A stretch of 27,985 nt of DNA from IMG/VR virus record IMGVR_UViG_3300027686_000027, positions 1-27,985 of that record; one strand, given 5' to 3'. Below the pieces are notes generated by a model. The model did no database searches. It was not told the DNA's origin and saw only the letters and a list, made by a program, of their open reading frames with translations. Position numbers and translations under genes: made by a program. This document shows positions 9,332 to 18,066 of this stretch, piece after piece (the stretch's first letter is position 1; each line of letters opens with the position of its first letter). The stretch is from a virus. Taxonomy: Duplodnaviria; Caudoviricetes.

Positions 9332-9332
9332 T

Positions 9333-9638
9333 ATGGCAAATAGATATAATAGGTTAGAGCAATTACATACTTCAAGCGGTAGACGATACCGTATCAACGC
9401 CGTATATCCAGAAATCACTGAATCAGCAGAAGATACTTATATTATTACAACAGGAGGAGACAGGTATGATAGCTTAGCTCAAAAGTTTTATAACGACCAG
9501 TCATTATGGTGGGTAATTGCTATGGCAAATAACTCAAAAAAGGATGGATTAATTGTAAAACCAGGAATACAACTACGCATACCGGCAGATGGACCAGGAG
9601 CTAAAGATGCATTTGACCTTTTAAATGAAACTAGATAA
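9333..9638 (+). CDS. LysM-like baseplate wedge protein (gp53/GpX-like)
   Basis: GDRYDSLAQKFYNDQSLWWVIAMAN...PGIQLRIP is the LysM/GpX-type signature. Confidence 0.85.
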   Translation: MANRYNRLEQLHTSSGRRYRINAVYPEITESAEDTYIITTGGDRYDSLAQKFYNDQSLWWVIAMANNSKKDGLIVKPGIQLRIPADGPGAKDAFDLLNETR

Positions 9639-11788
9639 TGGCAAAACAAGTTTTTGGATCTGGCCTTGACTCTAGAGTAGCAAAACAAATTGGGGTTAGA
9701 GAAGCAGTATTCGCAAAAAAAAATAGTAGAACAACCACCGATATAGCATTCCTTAATGGGAGCACTGCTTGGGTGAGGTTAAGTTCTTCTGTTAATACTT
9801 TAGATAGTTATACACCATCCCCACAAGAACAAGGAACAGCAAGTCAAGCATCCTGTAATGAAGGAGAAAAGAATCTTGCAAACAGTCTAATATTATTTGG
9901 AGGAACATTAACACCAGAGCATAAGTTGAGAGCAGGTTTTGGAAACGAATCGTCTACTAGTACTTCAAAATCAGCTTACCATAAGTCTAAATCAACAGGT
10001 TTTAGACCTATGCCCGGTATAACTTCTATTTCAGTAGCATCCAAAGGAGAATTCGGATCTTTAAAAGAGTCTAATATTAAACTTAAAGTATGGTCCAGAG
10101 AAGATCTAGACGATATGGATAGAGTATATTTCAGAGTAGGTTATTCAGCTCTATTAGAATTTGGCCATTCTGTGTACCTTAGTAATCAAGGAGAGATTCA
10201 AACAATATCTAAGAAAGTAGGAGTAGACAGTTTCTTTTCTTCTAATTCTTCCGAACAAGTAGTTACGGAAATAGATAATATGAAAAAGAAATACGATTTC
10301 AATTATGAAGCATTATTTGGATTCGTTACTAATTTTTCTTGGACTTTAAATAGTGATGGTAGTTACGATTGTTCTATTAAATTAGTTTCAAAAGGAGTTA
10401 TTATAGAAGCATCAAAAGAAACTACTACTGTATCTCAAGAGGTAAAAGAAAAACAAGATGAACAAAAAGCAGAAGCAGATACACAGAAATTAAAATCTCT
10501 TCTACATTATATATTATACCAGGTTGAAGGCTGGACTATACTAGGACCTGTTAGTAATTTAGGAGAAGTTTTTACCCTATCTGAAAATGAACAGCTAAAA
10601 GGTAAAGTTAATAGGTTAAATGAACCATTCGCTGGATCTTCAGTATCAGTAGGGACAGGTAACTATATGTTTACTAGAGCATTTTATAATGACCGTATCT
10701 CGATTAAGTACGTTAGGTTAAACTTTTTATTAAAAATGCTTAATGCATTTGTTATGGTTAAAGACAAAACCGGTCAAACAATTTGTGGATTTGAAGAAGA
10801 CAGTGTAGAACCTTATACAACATACCCCGGTCACTTTACATGTGATCCATTAGCTGTGTTGATACCTAAAACTAGTACTACTCACGGGTATGCTAAATTT
10901 GAAAAAGACGGTGTACACGATGGAATATGCTCAAGCTCAGCAGGAGGAACAGACCATATTGCTAATATTTCTATTAGTACCCATGTACTTAAGGACTTAT
11001 TAGACCAAATGCTTGATTCACCTCCAGAACCAGGAACAGGTATATTTGAATTTATGGAAAAAGTACTTTCCACAATTAACTTTGCTTTAGGAGGTATTAA
11101 TAACCTTTCTATTTTTTACGATGATGTAACTCAATTACATAAGATTATAGATAAAACAGCACCAGGGTTAGTAAAAGGGGGAAAAACAGCTCCAAAAATC
11201 AATATATCAGGATTAGGAGCAACCGTACTTGACGTTTCAGTTAATAGTGAAATAACAAGTGAAATGTCTAGCATGGTAGCAATTGCAGCACAAGCCGGAA
11301 CAGGGAAGTATAAAGCTAACTTACAAAACATACTTGCCTGGAATAGAGGATGTATAGATAGACACCATACTTTTAAAGCAACCGGTGATACAGGTAATAG
11401 TTCAACAGATACAGAGACACAAGAAAGAGAAGTACCATTTGGAGAAAGATTTAAGGAGGCCTGGGAAAAGATAAACAGTACGACTGGTGATATTAACCCG
11501 GAAATATGGAGTACTCTAAAATCAGAAGCTCAAGATGTAATTTTAGCCGGTTTAAGAAAAAAACAATTTTCATCTAGTATCCCCAATACTATACCAATGC
11601 CTATTTCACTTAATATTAAATTATTAGGAATAGGAGGCTGGAAAGTAGGTCAATGTTTTAAATTAGATTCTAGTATTATACCGTCACAGTATAAGGAATG
11701 GGGGTTTTTGATAGTAAAAGCAGATCAGGAGATTGGCACAGATAATAAATGGGTAACTACGATTGCAGGAAAAATGTTTAAACTATAA
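9638..11788 (+). CDS. Putative baseplate hub protein (gp27/VgrG-N-like)
   Basis: Translationally coupled to the LysM gene (TAATG overlap); RPMPGITSISV, GFVTNFSW...DGSYDCSIKL and C-terminal LGIGGWKVGQ.F...WVTTI pattern. Confidence 0.6.
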   Translation: MAKQVFGSGLDSRVAKQIGVREAVFAKKNSRTTTDIAFLNGSTAWVRLSSSVNTLDSYTPSPQEQGTASQASCNEGEKNLANSLILFGGTLTPEHKLRAGFGNESSTSTSKSAYHKSKSTGFRPMPGITSISVASKGEFGSLKESNIKLKVWSREDLDDMDRVYFRVGYSALLEFGHSVYLSNQGEIQTISKKVGVDSFFSSNSSEQVVTEIDNMKKKYDFNYEALFGFVTNFSWTLNSDGSYDCSIKLVSKGVIIEASKETTTVSQEVKEKQDEQKAEADTQKLKSLLHYILYQVEGWTILGPVSNLGEVFTLSENEQLKGKVNRLNEPFAGSSVSVGTGNYMFTRAFYNDRISIKYVRLNFLLKMLNAFVMVKDKTGQTICGFEEDSVEPYTTYPGHFTCDPLAVLIPKTSTTHGYAKFEKDGVHDGICSSSAGGTDHIANISISTHVLKDLLDQMLDSPPEPGTGIFEFMEKVLSTINFALGGINNLSIFYDDVTQLHKIIDKTAPGLVKGGKTAPKINISGLGATVLDVSVNSEITSEMSSMVAIAAQAGTGKYKANLQNILAWNRGCIDRHHTFKATGDTGNSSTDTETQEREVPFGERFKEAWEKINSTTGDINPEIWSTLKSEAQDVILAGLRKKQFSSSIPNTIPMPISLNIKLLGIGGWKVGQCFKLDSSIIPSQYKEWGFLIVKADQEIGTDNKWVTTIAGKMFKL

Positions 11789-11791
11789 GTA

Positions 11792-12316
11792 ATGTACATA
11801 CCAAAACACAAACTTAAAGTAGGGGGAAAAGTACCCGGTAAATTGATCGACATGGTTACAGGTCGTCAGTTCCTAGGCAAGTATGTTCAGGGCCCAGACA
11901 AGAAGTATTACAAAGGAACCGAGATTACAAGCAAATCAGTAGAATTATCACTACAGAAGGATAAGTCTGCAGAAGAAAAAGCACTCGGAATTAGTACAGT
12001 ACATGTAACTCCTTCAGCAGCAGATTATACGAAAGGGATATTTGTAAGGTACTTTGTAAAAGATTCAAGACTAAATAGAGTAGTTGAGGTAGATAAGCCT
12101 AAATACGTAGAACAAAGAAAAGCAGGTAAACTATACCGTAGAACATTAAAAGTAGCATGGTATATCACAGGAGACCCTGAAGATCAAACAATTAAAGGAT
12201 ATGTATATCCAGGATTAAAGAAAAAGAATCAAGACGTAATAAATAAAGCAGAAATAATCCTATCAGGAATTGGTAAGCAAGTACTTACTGATACATCTCA
12301 ATTTGTAAAAAAGTAG
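11792..12316 (+). CDS. Hypothetical protein, last gene of the tail operon
   Basis: 174-aa basic ORF 3 nt after the hub gene; DYTKGIFVRYFVK segment. Confidence 0.75.
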   Translation: MYIPKHKLKVGGKVPGKLIDMVTGRQFLGKYVQGPDKKYYKGTEITSKSVELSLQKDKSAEEKALGISTVHVTPSAADYTKGIFVRYFVKDSRLNRVVEVDKPKYVEQRKAGKLYRRTLKVAWYITGDPEDQTIKGYVYPGLKKKNQDVINKAEIILSGIGKQVLTDTSQFVKK

Positions 12317-12323
12317 GAAAGAG

Positions 12324-12353
12324 TAGTTTATTCAGTTTTTAATTCTTATATTG
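12324..12353 (+). promoter_or_regulatory. Host-RNAP-type promoter for the polymerase-like gene
   Basis: TAG (variant of TTG) 12324-12326, 20-nt spacer, TATATTG 12347-12353, preceded by TTCT as at 14187 and 26104. Confidence 0.6.
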
Positions 12354-12371
12354 TACTAAAGGTTATAATAA

Positions 12372-13697
12372 GTGTTTTATATAATAGAAGAAGAAACTAA
12401 ACTTGAACGTTTAGAACGGTTGATGAAGATAGGAGTATATGTAGATATAATCTCCTCTAATGACTTATACCACCCTAAACTAGCTACTACAGTAGCAGTC
12501 TACATAAGAACTTTAAGTAGTAAGCACGGATTTATAATTCCTATTAATCACGATGAGGGTATTAGTGTAGCTAAAGACCGTATCTACAAGGTTTTAAAAT
12601 CTGCCGATAAACTATATACATTAGATAAGAAGAAGTTGTTATACCACTTTAATTTACAGGCAGCAATAGATCTTTCACTGCTTTACTCTATGACTAAATT
12701 TAATAAATTAGAGTATACTAGAGAAAATAATACACTAAACTATTTTTATAATAAATTTAGCGACTTCCCTAATATAAATCAACTCATACCTATATCAAAA
12801 TTACATGAGTCCTGTGAAAAAGTATTTAATCAAGTTAAGCATGTTATCGATACTGAAATACCTTCTGGTTTTGAGTTTTATAACAATACAGCAACTAATG
12901 TATTCTACCTATTAGAACAAAGCGGAATCGGAGTACACTACCAAGACTTTAAAGATAACTTCAAACCCCGTAATCCACTATATAATATAAAAGACGATGT
13001 AGCCCTTACATCCTATAATCTATATAACTCTACTTCTAGACCTACAAATGCATTTAATAGTGTAAATTTTGCAGCAATACCAAAAGCAGATGAATATAGA
13101 AAGTGTTTTAAACCGCAGAACGATAAATTTATAGAGTTCGACTTCGACGGATATCATTTAAGACTCCTCTCAGAACAGATAGATTATGAGTTAACCGCTG
13201 AATCAGCACATAAACAGTTAGCAAAGCATTACTTCGGTACAGAGGATATTTCTGATGAACAGTACTTAGAAGCAAAACAGATTAACTTTCAAGCGATATA
13301 TGGAAAAATTCCACCTGAACATAAAGGGTTAGATATCTTTAAACGTATACAGGAGTATATTGATAACATGTGGGCAACATACGAAAAAGACGGAGTAGTA
13401 TATAACCCAGTATCAAATAAACCTTTTACAAAGGAACTAAAAGAAATGCATCCTGCTAAGTTAATGAACTATATGATGCAAAGTTTGGAGACCTCAAGAA
13501 ATATTCTTATATTAAAAGAAGTATTCAGATACTTACAGAATAAAAAGACTAAAGCAGTTCTCTATACTTACGACTCTATACTATTTGACTTCAGTGAAGA
13601 AGACGGAGAAGAGTTTATGGAAGAGATAAAAGAAATACTTCAGACCGGGGAAAAGTACCCGATTAAATTTAAATTTTCAAAAGACCTATGTTTATAG
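12372..13697 (+). CDS. Divergent, shortened family A (PolA-like) nucleotide polymerase
   Basis: GTG start. TSRPTN (TGRLSS-like), motif A FDFDGYHLRLL, motif B AKQINFQAIYG, NYMMQS and motif C LYTYDSILFDF in PolA order. Confidence 0.8.
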   Translation: MFYIIEEETKLERLERLMKIGVYVDIISSNDLYHPKLATTVAVYIRTLSSKHGFIIPINHDEGISVAKDRIYKVLKSADKLYTLDKKKLLYHFNLQAAIDLSLLYSMTKFNKLEYTRENNTLNYFYNKFSDFPNINQLIPISKLHESCEKVFNQVKHVIDTEIPSGFEFYNNTATNVFYLLEQSGIGVHYQDFKDNFKPRNPLYNIKDDVALTSYNLYNSTSRPTNAFNSVNFAAIPKADEYRKCFKPQNDKFIEFDFDGYHLRLLSEQIDYELTAESAHKQLAKHYFGTEDISDEQYLEAKQINFQAIYGKIPPEHKGLDIFKRIQEYIDNMWATYEKDGVVYNPVSNKPFTKELKEMHPAKLMNYMMQSLETSRNILILKEVFRYLQNKKTKAVLYTYDSILFDFSEEDGEEFMEEIKEILQTGEKYPIKFKFSKDLCL

Positions 13698-13707
13698 AAA
13701 TAACAAA

Positions 13708-13715
13708 TATTTATA
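13708..13715 (+). promoter_or_regulatory. Putative late-type motif TATTTATA
   Basis: Exact octamer 4 nt before the ATG at 13720 (alternative ATG at 13783). Confidence 0.55.
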
Positions 13716-13719
13716 CGAA

Positions 13720-14175
13720 ATGGTAAGTGCTCTAAAATCACAATTTGATTACGACATCGAACCGCTATATATAAATGACGATATGAGTAACAAATTATTC
13801 TGTACCTTTGCTACGGGAGATACTTTAGAAGGAGTACTTACAGAAATCCAAGAACGTTACAAGATCATATATAACAAAATCTTTGTCTTATATTCAAAAA
13901 GTCAGGATGAGTATATATGTACCTATAATGTGGATTTCGGTAATGTAGGCGCATTCTTAGATAATACTATATTAGTACATCGTAAGAAGGAATCAAATAC
14001 ACTTTATACTATTAACGCTTTAAATACGTTAATAAAGGAACTAAACGGTGGAGTATTAGATACTTCATACCGTATAAACTGGACAGACTACAAGAATTGT
14101 GTGCTGTTAACTAAAGGTCCTGAATTAAAAAGAGTAAATACTAAACTTTTTAGGATAATAGAGTTGGATAATTGA
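13720..14175 (+). CDS. Hypothetical protein between polymerase and SSB
   Basis: 151 aa (130 aa if started at MSNKLFCTF, 13783); globular, with LFCTF, CTYNVD and TILVHRKKESNTLYTINALN segments. Confidence 0.85.
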   Translation: MVSALKSQFDYDIEPLYINDDMSNKLFCTFATGDTLEGVLTEIQERYKIIYNKIFVLYSKSQDEYICTYNVDFGNVGAFLDNTILVHRKKESNTLYTINALNTLIKELNGGVLDTSYRINWTDYKNCVLLTKGPELKRVNTKLFRIIELDN

Positions 14176-14193
14176 GATTAAGTTCTTATATTG
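14164..14193 (+). promoter_or_regulatory. Host-RNAP-type promoter for SSB
   Basis: TTG 14164-14166, 20-nt spacer, TATATTG 14187-14193. Confidence 0.7.
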
Positions 14194-14233
14194 TTTATAA
14201 TATCAAATGTTTTAATTAATAAAAATAAGTTAT

Positions 14234-15019
14234 ATGGATTTAAATGCAATCAAGGCTAAGCTAGATGCCTTAAACTCTAACGGTCAAGAGAGAGAGAAAA
14301 TTGACTACTCTAAGATTTTTTGGAAACCCCAACTAGGTAAGCAAACGATTAGAATCGTACCATCTGCTTTTGATCCTGCATTTCCTTTTAAAGAGTTAAA
14401 GTTTCACTATGGTGTAGGAAAATACCCTATGGTAGCTTTATCTAACTTTGGAAAGCAAGACCCTATTGAGGAATTCGTAAAAGAGCTTAGAAAAACAAGC
14501 GATAAAGACAATTGGTCTCTATCAGGAAAACTTAACCCTAAAACTCGTGTATTCGCTCCAGTAGTAGTAAGAGGAGAAGAAGAAAAAGGAGTTAGATTAT
14601 GGGGATTCGGTGTTACTATCTATAAAGCATTACTTGCTTTAGCAGAAGACGAAGATATCGGAGATTTTACAGACGTACTACAAGGATGGGATATGGTAGT
14701 AGAAATGGCTCAAGGTAACCCTTACCCTGAAACATCAGTTCGAATTAAACCTAAACAAACAGAATTATCATCTGATAATACTCAAGTTGACTTATGGTTA
14801 AAAGAACAACCTAATCCAATCGAAGTTCATAATCAGTACGATTACGAATTTATTAAGAAACAACTTCAAAATTACCTTAACCCAGGCTCAGGAGACGCAG
14901 AAGCACCAGCTACTAGTACTCCAGCAGCAACACCAGCAGCAGAACCTTTCACATTAGAAACGGCAGCAGCAGGTAATAAGGATACAGTTAGCAAGTTCGA
15001 CGACTTGTTCAACGAGTAA
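14234..15019 (+). CDS. Single-stranded DNA-binding protein (T4 gp32-like)
   Basis: FWKP...IRIVP, FHY, VRLWGFG...IY and D.TD...G.D motifs; Ala/Pro/Thr linker and acidic tail FDDLFNE; lies upstream of the recombinase. Confidence 0.8.
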   Translation: MDLNAIKAKLDALNSNGQEREKIDYSKIFWKPQLGKQTIRIVPSAFDPAFPFKELKFHYGVGKYPMVALSNFGKQDPIEEFVKELRKTSDKDNWSLSGKLNPKTRVFAPVVVRGEEEKGVRLWGFGVTIYKALLALAEDEDIGDFTDVLQGWDMVVEMAQGNPYPETSVRIKPKQTELSSDNTQVDLWLKEQPNPIEVHNQYDYEFIKKQLQNYLNPGSGDAEAPATSTPAATPAAEPFTLETAAAGNKDTVSKFDDLFNE

Positions 15020-15025
15020 ATAATT

Positions 15026-15049
15026 AGGCCGCTTCGGCGGCCTTTTTTT
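15026..15049 (+). terminator. Intrinsic terminator after SSB
   Basis: AGGCCGC-TTCG-GCGGCCT then a T run; C(UUCG)G tetraloop. Confidence 0.95.
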
Positions 15050-15073
15050 ATGTTCTAAATACCCTCATACAGT

Positions 15074-15102
15074 TTGTACTCCGAATAAAAATCACTATAT
15101 TA
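15074..15102 (+). promoter_or_regulatory. Host-RNAP-type promoter for the recA operon
   Basis: (T)TTG ending 15076, 19-nt spacer, TATATTA 15096-15102, just downstream of the terminator. Confidence 0.6.
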
Positions 15103-15120
15103 TAGTATATAAAATTAGAT

Positions 15121-16191
15121 ATGGCAAAAAAACAAGAAACACTAGACAAAGCTAAAAAAGCTGTTAAGAGTAACTTTAATTTAGGTAACTTTAAAAAGAA
15201 AAAAGGCTTCGCTAACGCATCAGTAAAATTTAAAGAACAAGGATGGATTCCTCTTTCTAAAGCATTTCAAGAAATAACATCTTTACCTGGTATTCCAACC
15301 GGGCATATTACCTTATTAAGAGGTCATAGTGATACAGGTAAAACTACTGCATTACTAGAAGCAGCAGTAAACGCACAAAAGCAAGGTGTACTACCTGTAT
15401 TTATTATTTCAGAGATGAAATGGTCTTGGGAACATGCAAAAGAAATGGGCCTGGAGTTCGAAGAAGTAAAAGATGCGAACGGAGTAGTAACTGATTATGA
15501 AGGTTTCTTTTTGTACGCAGATAGAGGCACATTAAATACTATAGAAGAAGTAGCAGTTCACATGGCTGACTTAATAGATGAACAATCTAAAGGTAATTTA
15601 CCTTATGATATGTGTTTCTTTTGGGATTCAATCGGCTCTATTCCTTGTGACTTATCAGTAAGATCTAATAAGAACAATAACGAATGGAATGCAGGAGCTA
15701 TGTCTACTCAATTCGGTAATAATCTTAATCAAAAGATTCTGTTATCAAGAAAAGAGAATGCACCGTATACTAATACTTTGGTAGCTATTAATAAAGTATG
15801 GACAATGAAACCTGAGCATCCTATGGGTCAACCTAAGTTGCAGAATAAAGGAGGAATGTCTATGTGGTATGATGCTACATTAGTAGTTACGTTTGGTAAT
15901 ATTACAAACCCTGGTACTTCTAAAATTAAAGCTGTTAAAAACGGTCTTCAAGTAGAATTTGCTAAAAGAACTAACATTCAGATAGAAAAAAATCATATAG
16001 GAGGAGTCCAGTCAAGAGGTAGAGTAGTAATGACTTCACACGGTTTTATAGAAGATGATAAGAAAGCAATTGATAAATACAGAGATGCCCATAAAGACTA
16101 TTGGTTAAAACTTGTAGGATCTATAGATTTTGATCTAACTGAAGAAGGAGATCTAGAAGAAGAACGTATTACACCTAATATTCTAGATTAA
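15121..16191 (+). CDS. recA: RecA/UvsX-like recombinase
   Basis: GIPTGHITLLRGHSDTGKTT Walker A, FFWDSIGS Walker B, AINKV, KGG.SM.Y and IEKNH motifs. Confidence 0.9.
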   Translation: MAKKQETLDKAKKAVKSNFNLGNFKKKKGFANASVKFKEQGWIPLSKAFQEITSLPGIPTGHITLLRGHSDTGKTTALLEAAVNAQKQGVLPVFIISEMKWSWEHAKEMGLEFEEVKDANGVVTDYEGFFLYADRGTLNTIEEVAVHMADLIDEQSKGNLPYDMCFFWDSIGSIPCDLSVRSNKNNNEWNAGAMSTQFGNNLNQKILLSRKENAPYTNTLVAINKVWTMKPEHPMGQPKLQNKGGMSMWYDATLVVTFGNITNPGTSKIKAVKNGLQVEFAKRTNIQIEKNHIGGVQSRGRVVMTSHGFIEDDKKAIDKYRDAHKDYWLKLVGSIDFDLTEEGDLEEERITPNILD

Positions 16192-16815
16192 ATGGAATTT
16201 AGGCCTGTATTTAAAGACAAAGATGCTATGCCGGTATGGGAAATTACCGGTGTAGTTATACCTGAAATATTTGAAGAAGTATTATGTACAGAGAGTGATT
16301 GGGAATCGGCTAATAAAGTTTATAAAACACATGGAAATCACAACGACGGAAAGTTTATATACTCAGGTAATGCACTCCAAGAAGTAGATTATACCAAGAT
16401 AATGAATCCTGTAGTTGACTTTTTAAAAATACAGGAAGATTATGATTTTAGATCCTCCTGGTCCGCTTGGAAATTTATCGACGCTATTGAAGCCCATAGA
16501 GATTGCAGAAAAATGGACATATGGAAAATGTTAGCTAATGCTGATCATGGAGCGCATACTGATAATCTATTTATTATGGGAACAGTAATCTTAAATATAG
16601 CTGAAAATGCAGAAGGATCAGGTACAAAGTACTATGATAAATTAGGACCAAAAACTAATGGCTTTCTCAGAGAGTTATATGAGTCTCCTGCAAAAAAAGG
16701 AACCGGAGTGTTACATATTAATACACATTCAACCTTACACAGAGGTCATAATAATAGCGAACAAGACAGGTATGTTGCATATACTAACTTAATGAGCTCA
16801 AGTGGACAGAAGTAG
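16192..16815 (+). CDS. Putative 2OG-Fe(II) oxygenase-fold protein
   Basis: HTD (HxD), VILNI, GTKYY, KKGTGVL, distal LHRG and R(YV): metal triad plus 2OG-binding Arg pattern. Confidence 0.6.
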   Translation: MEFRPVFKDKDAMPVWEITGVVIPEIFEEVLCTESDWESANKVYKTHGNHNDGKFIYSGNALQEVDYTKIMNPVVDFLKIQEDYDFRSSWSAWKFIDAIEAHRDCRKMDIWKMLANADHGAHTDNLFIMGTVILNIAENAEGSGTKYYDKLGPKTNGFLRELYESPAKKGTGVLHINTHSTLHRGHNNSEQDRYVAYTNLMSSSGQK

Positions 16816-16824
16816 TATAATTAA

Positions 16825-18066
16825 ATGAAGAGAGAAATACAATATATACATGCTGAAATATCAACCCTATGTAACGCAGCATGTCCGTGTTGCCCAAGGT
16901 TTTTATTTAGTTCACCAACAGTATCTCCTGGATTAGAGCCTGGTTACATTTCATTCCCTAATTTTAAAAAGTTTTTTCCACCATCTATACTAGGTAGGAC
17001 TAAATCTATTAATTTCTGTGGTAACCACGGAGATCCTGGAACAAACCCTGACCTATACGAGATACTTGAGTACTGTAGCCAATTTAATGAGTTAAAAGTA
17101 CAGATGCATACCAACGGAGGAATGAAATCAGCTCAATATTGGGGTAAAATAGGTAAACTAGCTCAAGGACGAAAGAATTGGACGATAATCTTTAGTATTG
17201 ACGGACTAGCAGATACTAATCATATATACAGGAGAAATGTTAAGTGGGATAAACTAGAGAAGAATATAAAAGCAGTAGGGAAATATGCTTGTCATAATCA
17301 TGGCTCTACAGGTTTTTTCTTTATATGGGAGTACCTAGTATTTGAACATAATCAACATCAGCTTGAAGAAGCAACAACTCTAGCAAGAGACTTTGGGTTT
17401 ACATCTATACAACTTAAACGCCCTCTTAATGTAGATGACGGAGTAAATCATACTGCAATAGCAGCACTAAATAGTGATGGGGAAGTAGACTACTGGATTA
17501 AACCAACCACGTTAAAGAATTACATGCCTCCTTATATTAAAGATTCAGCTTCCCTAAAATATGAGTCCCCCCTCCGTACACATAAGACTACCTTAATGGA
17601 GGCCGTAAATAAAGCATCTGGACCAGCGCTAAAGGAAATAAATTTCTCTGATAAAGTAACAGTAGAAGAAAATATAGAAGTAGCTAATAACTCAAAAATA
17701 ATACCTCTATGCCAGTCTCAGGAGTATTACGTAGAAGCTTCTGGTCAAGTACATAAGTGTTGCTTTATAGCAACCGGATTTGATTCAGCAAAAAAACTAT
17801 ACCTTAAGGGAGACAGACCTAATGAAGGAGTTAGGCAGTACGTAGAGAAAATGCTGGAACTAGGCAATTTACTGAATTTACATCATACTGACTTAGAGAC
17901 TATTGTAGAAGATAAAACAGTCCAAAAGCTATATGATAAAGGATGGAAAAAAACAGTAGAAGAAGGAAAATTAATGCAATGCGTAAATTACTGCGGAAGT
18001 AATAATACTCTAGCAGCGATCGAATCAATATTTAACGCACCTGAACTTAACAAAACTAAAATCTAG
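16825..18066 (+). CDS. Radical SAM protein with SPASM/twitch-like C-terminal domain
   Basis: CNAACPCC (CxxxCxxC), GNHGDP, HTNGG, FSIDGL; C-terminal C...YVEASGQVHKCC...CVNYCG. Confidence 0.9.
   Translation: MKREIQYIHAEISTLCNAACPCCPRFLFSSPTVSPGLEPGYISFPNFKKFFPPSILGRTKSINFCGNHGDPGTNPDLYEILEYCSQFNELKVQMHTNGGMKSAQYWGKIGKLAQGRKNWTIIFSIDGLADTNHIYRRNVKWDKLEKNIKAVGKYACHNHGSTGFFFIWEYLVFEHNQHQLEEATTLARDFGFTSIQLKRPLNVDDGVNHTAIAALNSDGEVDYWIKPTTLKNYMPPYIKDSASLKYESPLRTHKTTLMEAVNKASGPALKEINFSDKVTVEENIEVANNSKIIPLCQSQEYYVEASGQVHKCCFIATGFDSAKKLYLKGDRPNEGVRQYVEKMLELGNLLNLHHTDLETIVEDKTVQKLYDKGWKKTVEEGKLMQCVNYCGSNNTLAAIESIFNAPELNKTKI

Noticed and set aside
488-12316. Bacterial contractile injection system or tailocin instead of a phage
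   Set aside because: Directly linked to phage-type SSB, recombinase, helicase, exonuclease, RNR and tRNA, with phage-like gene density and single-strand organisation.
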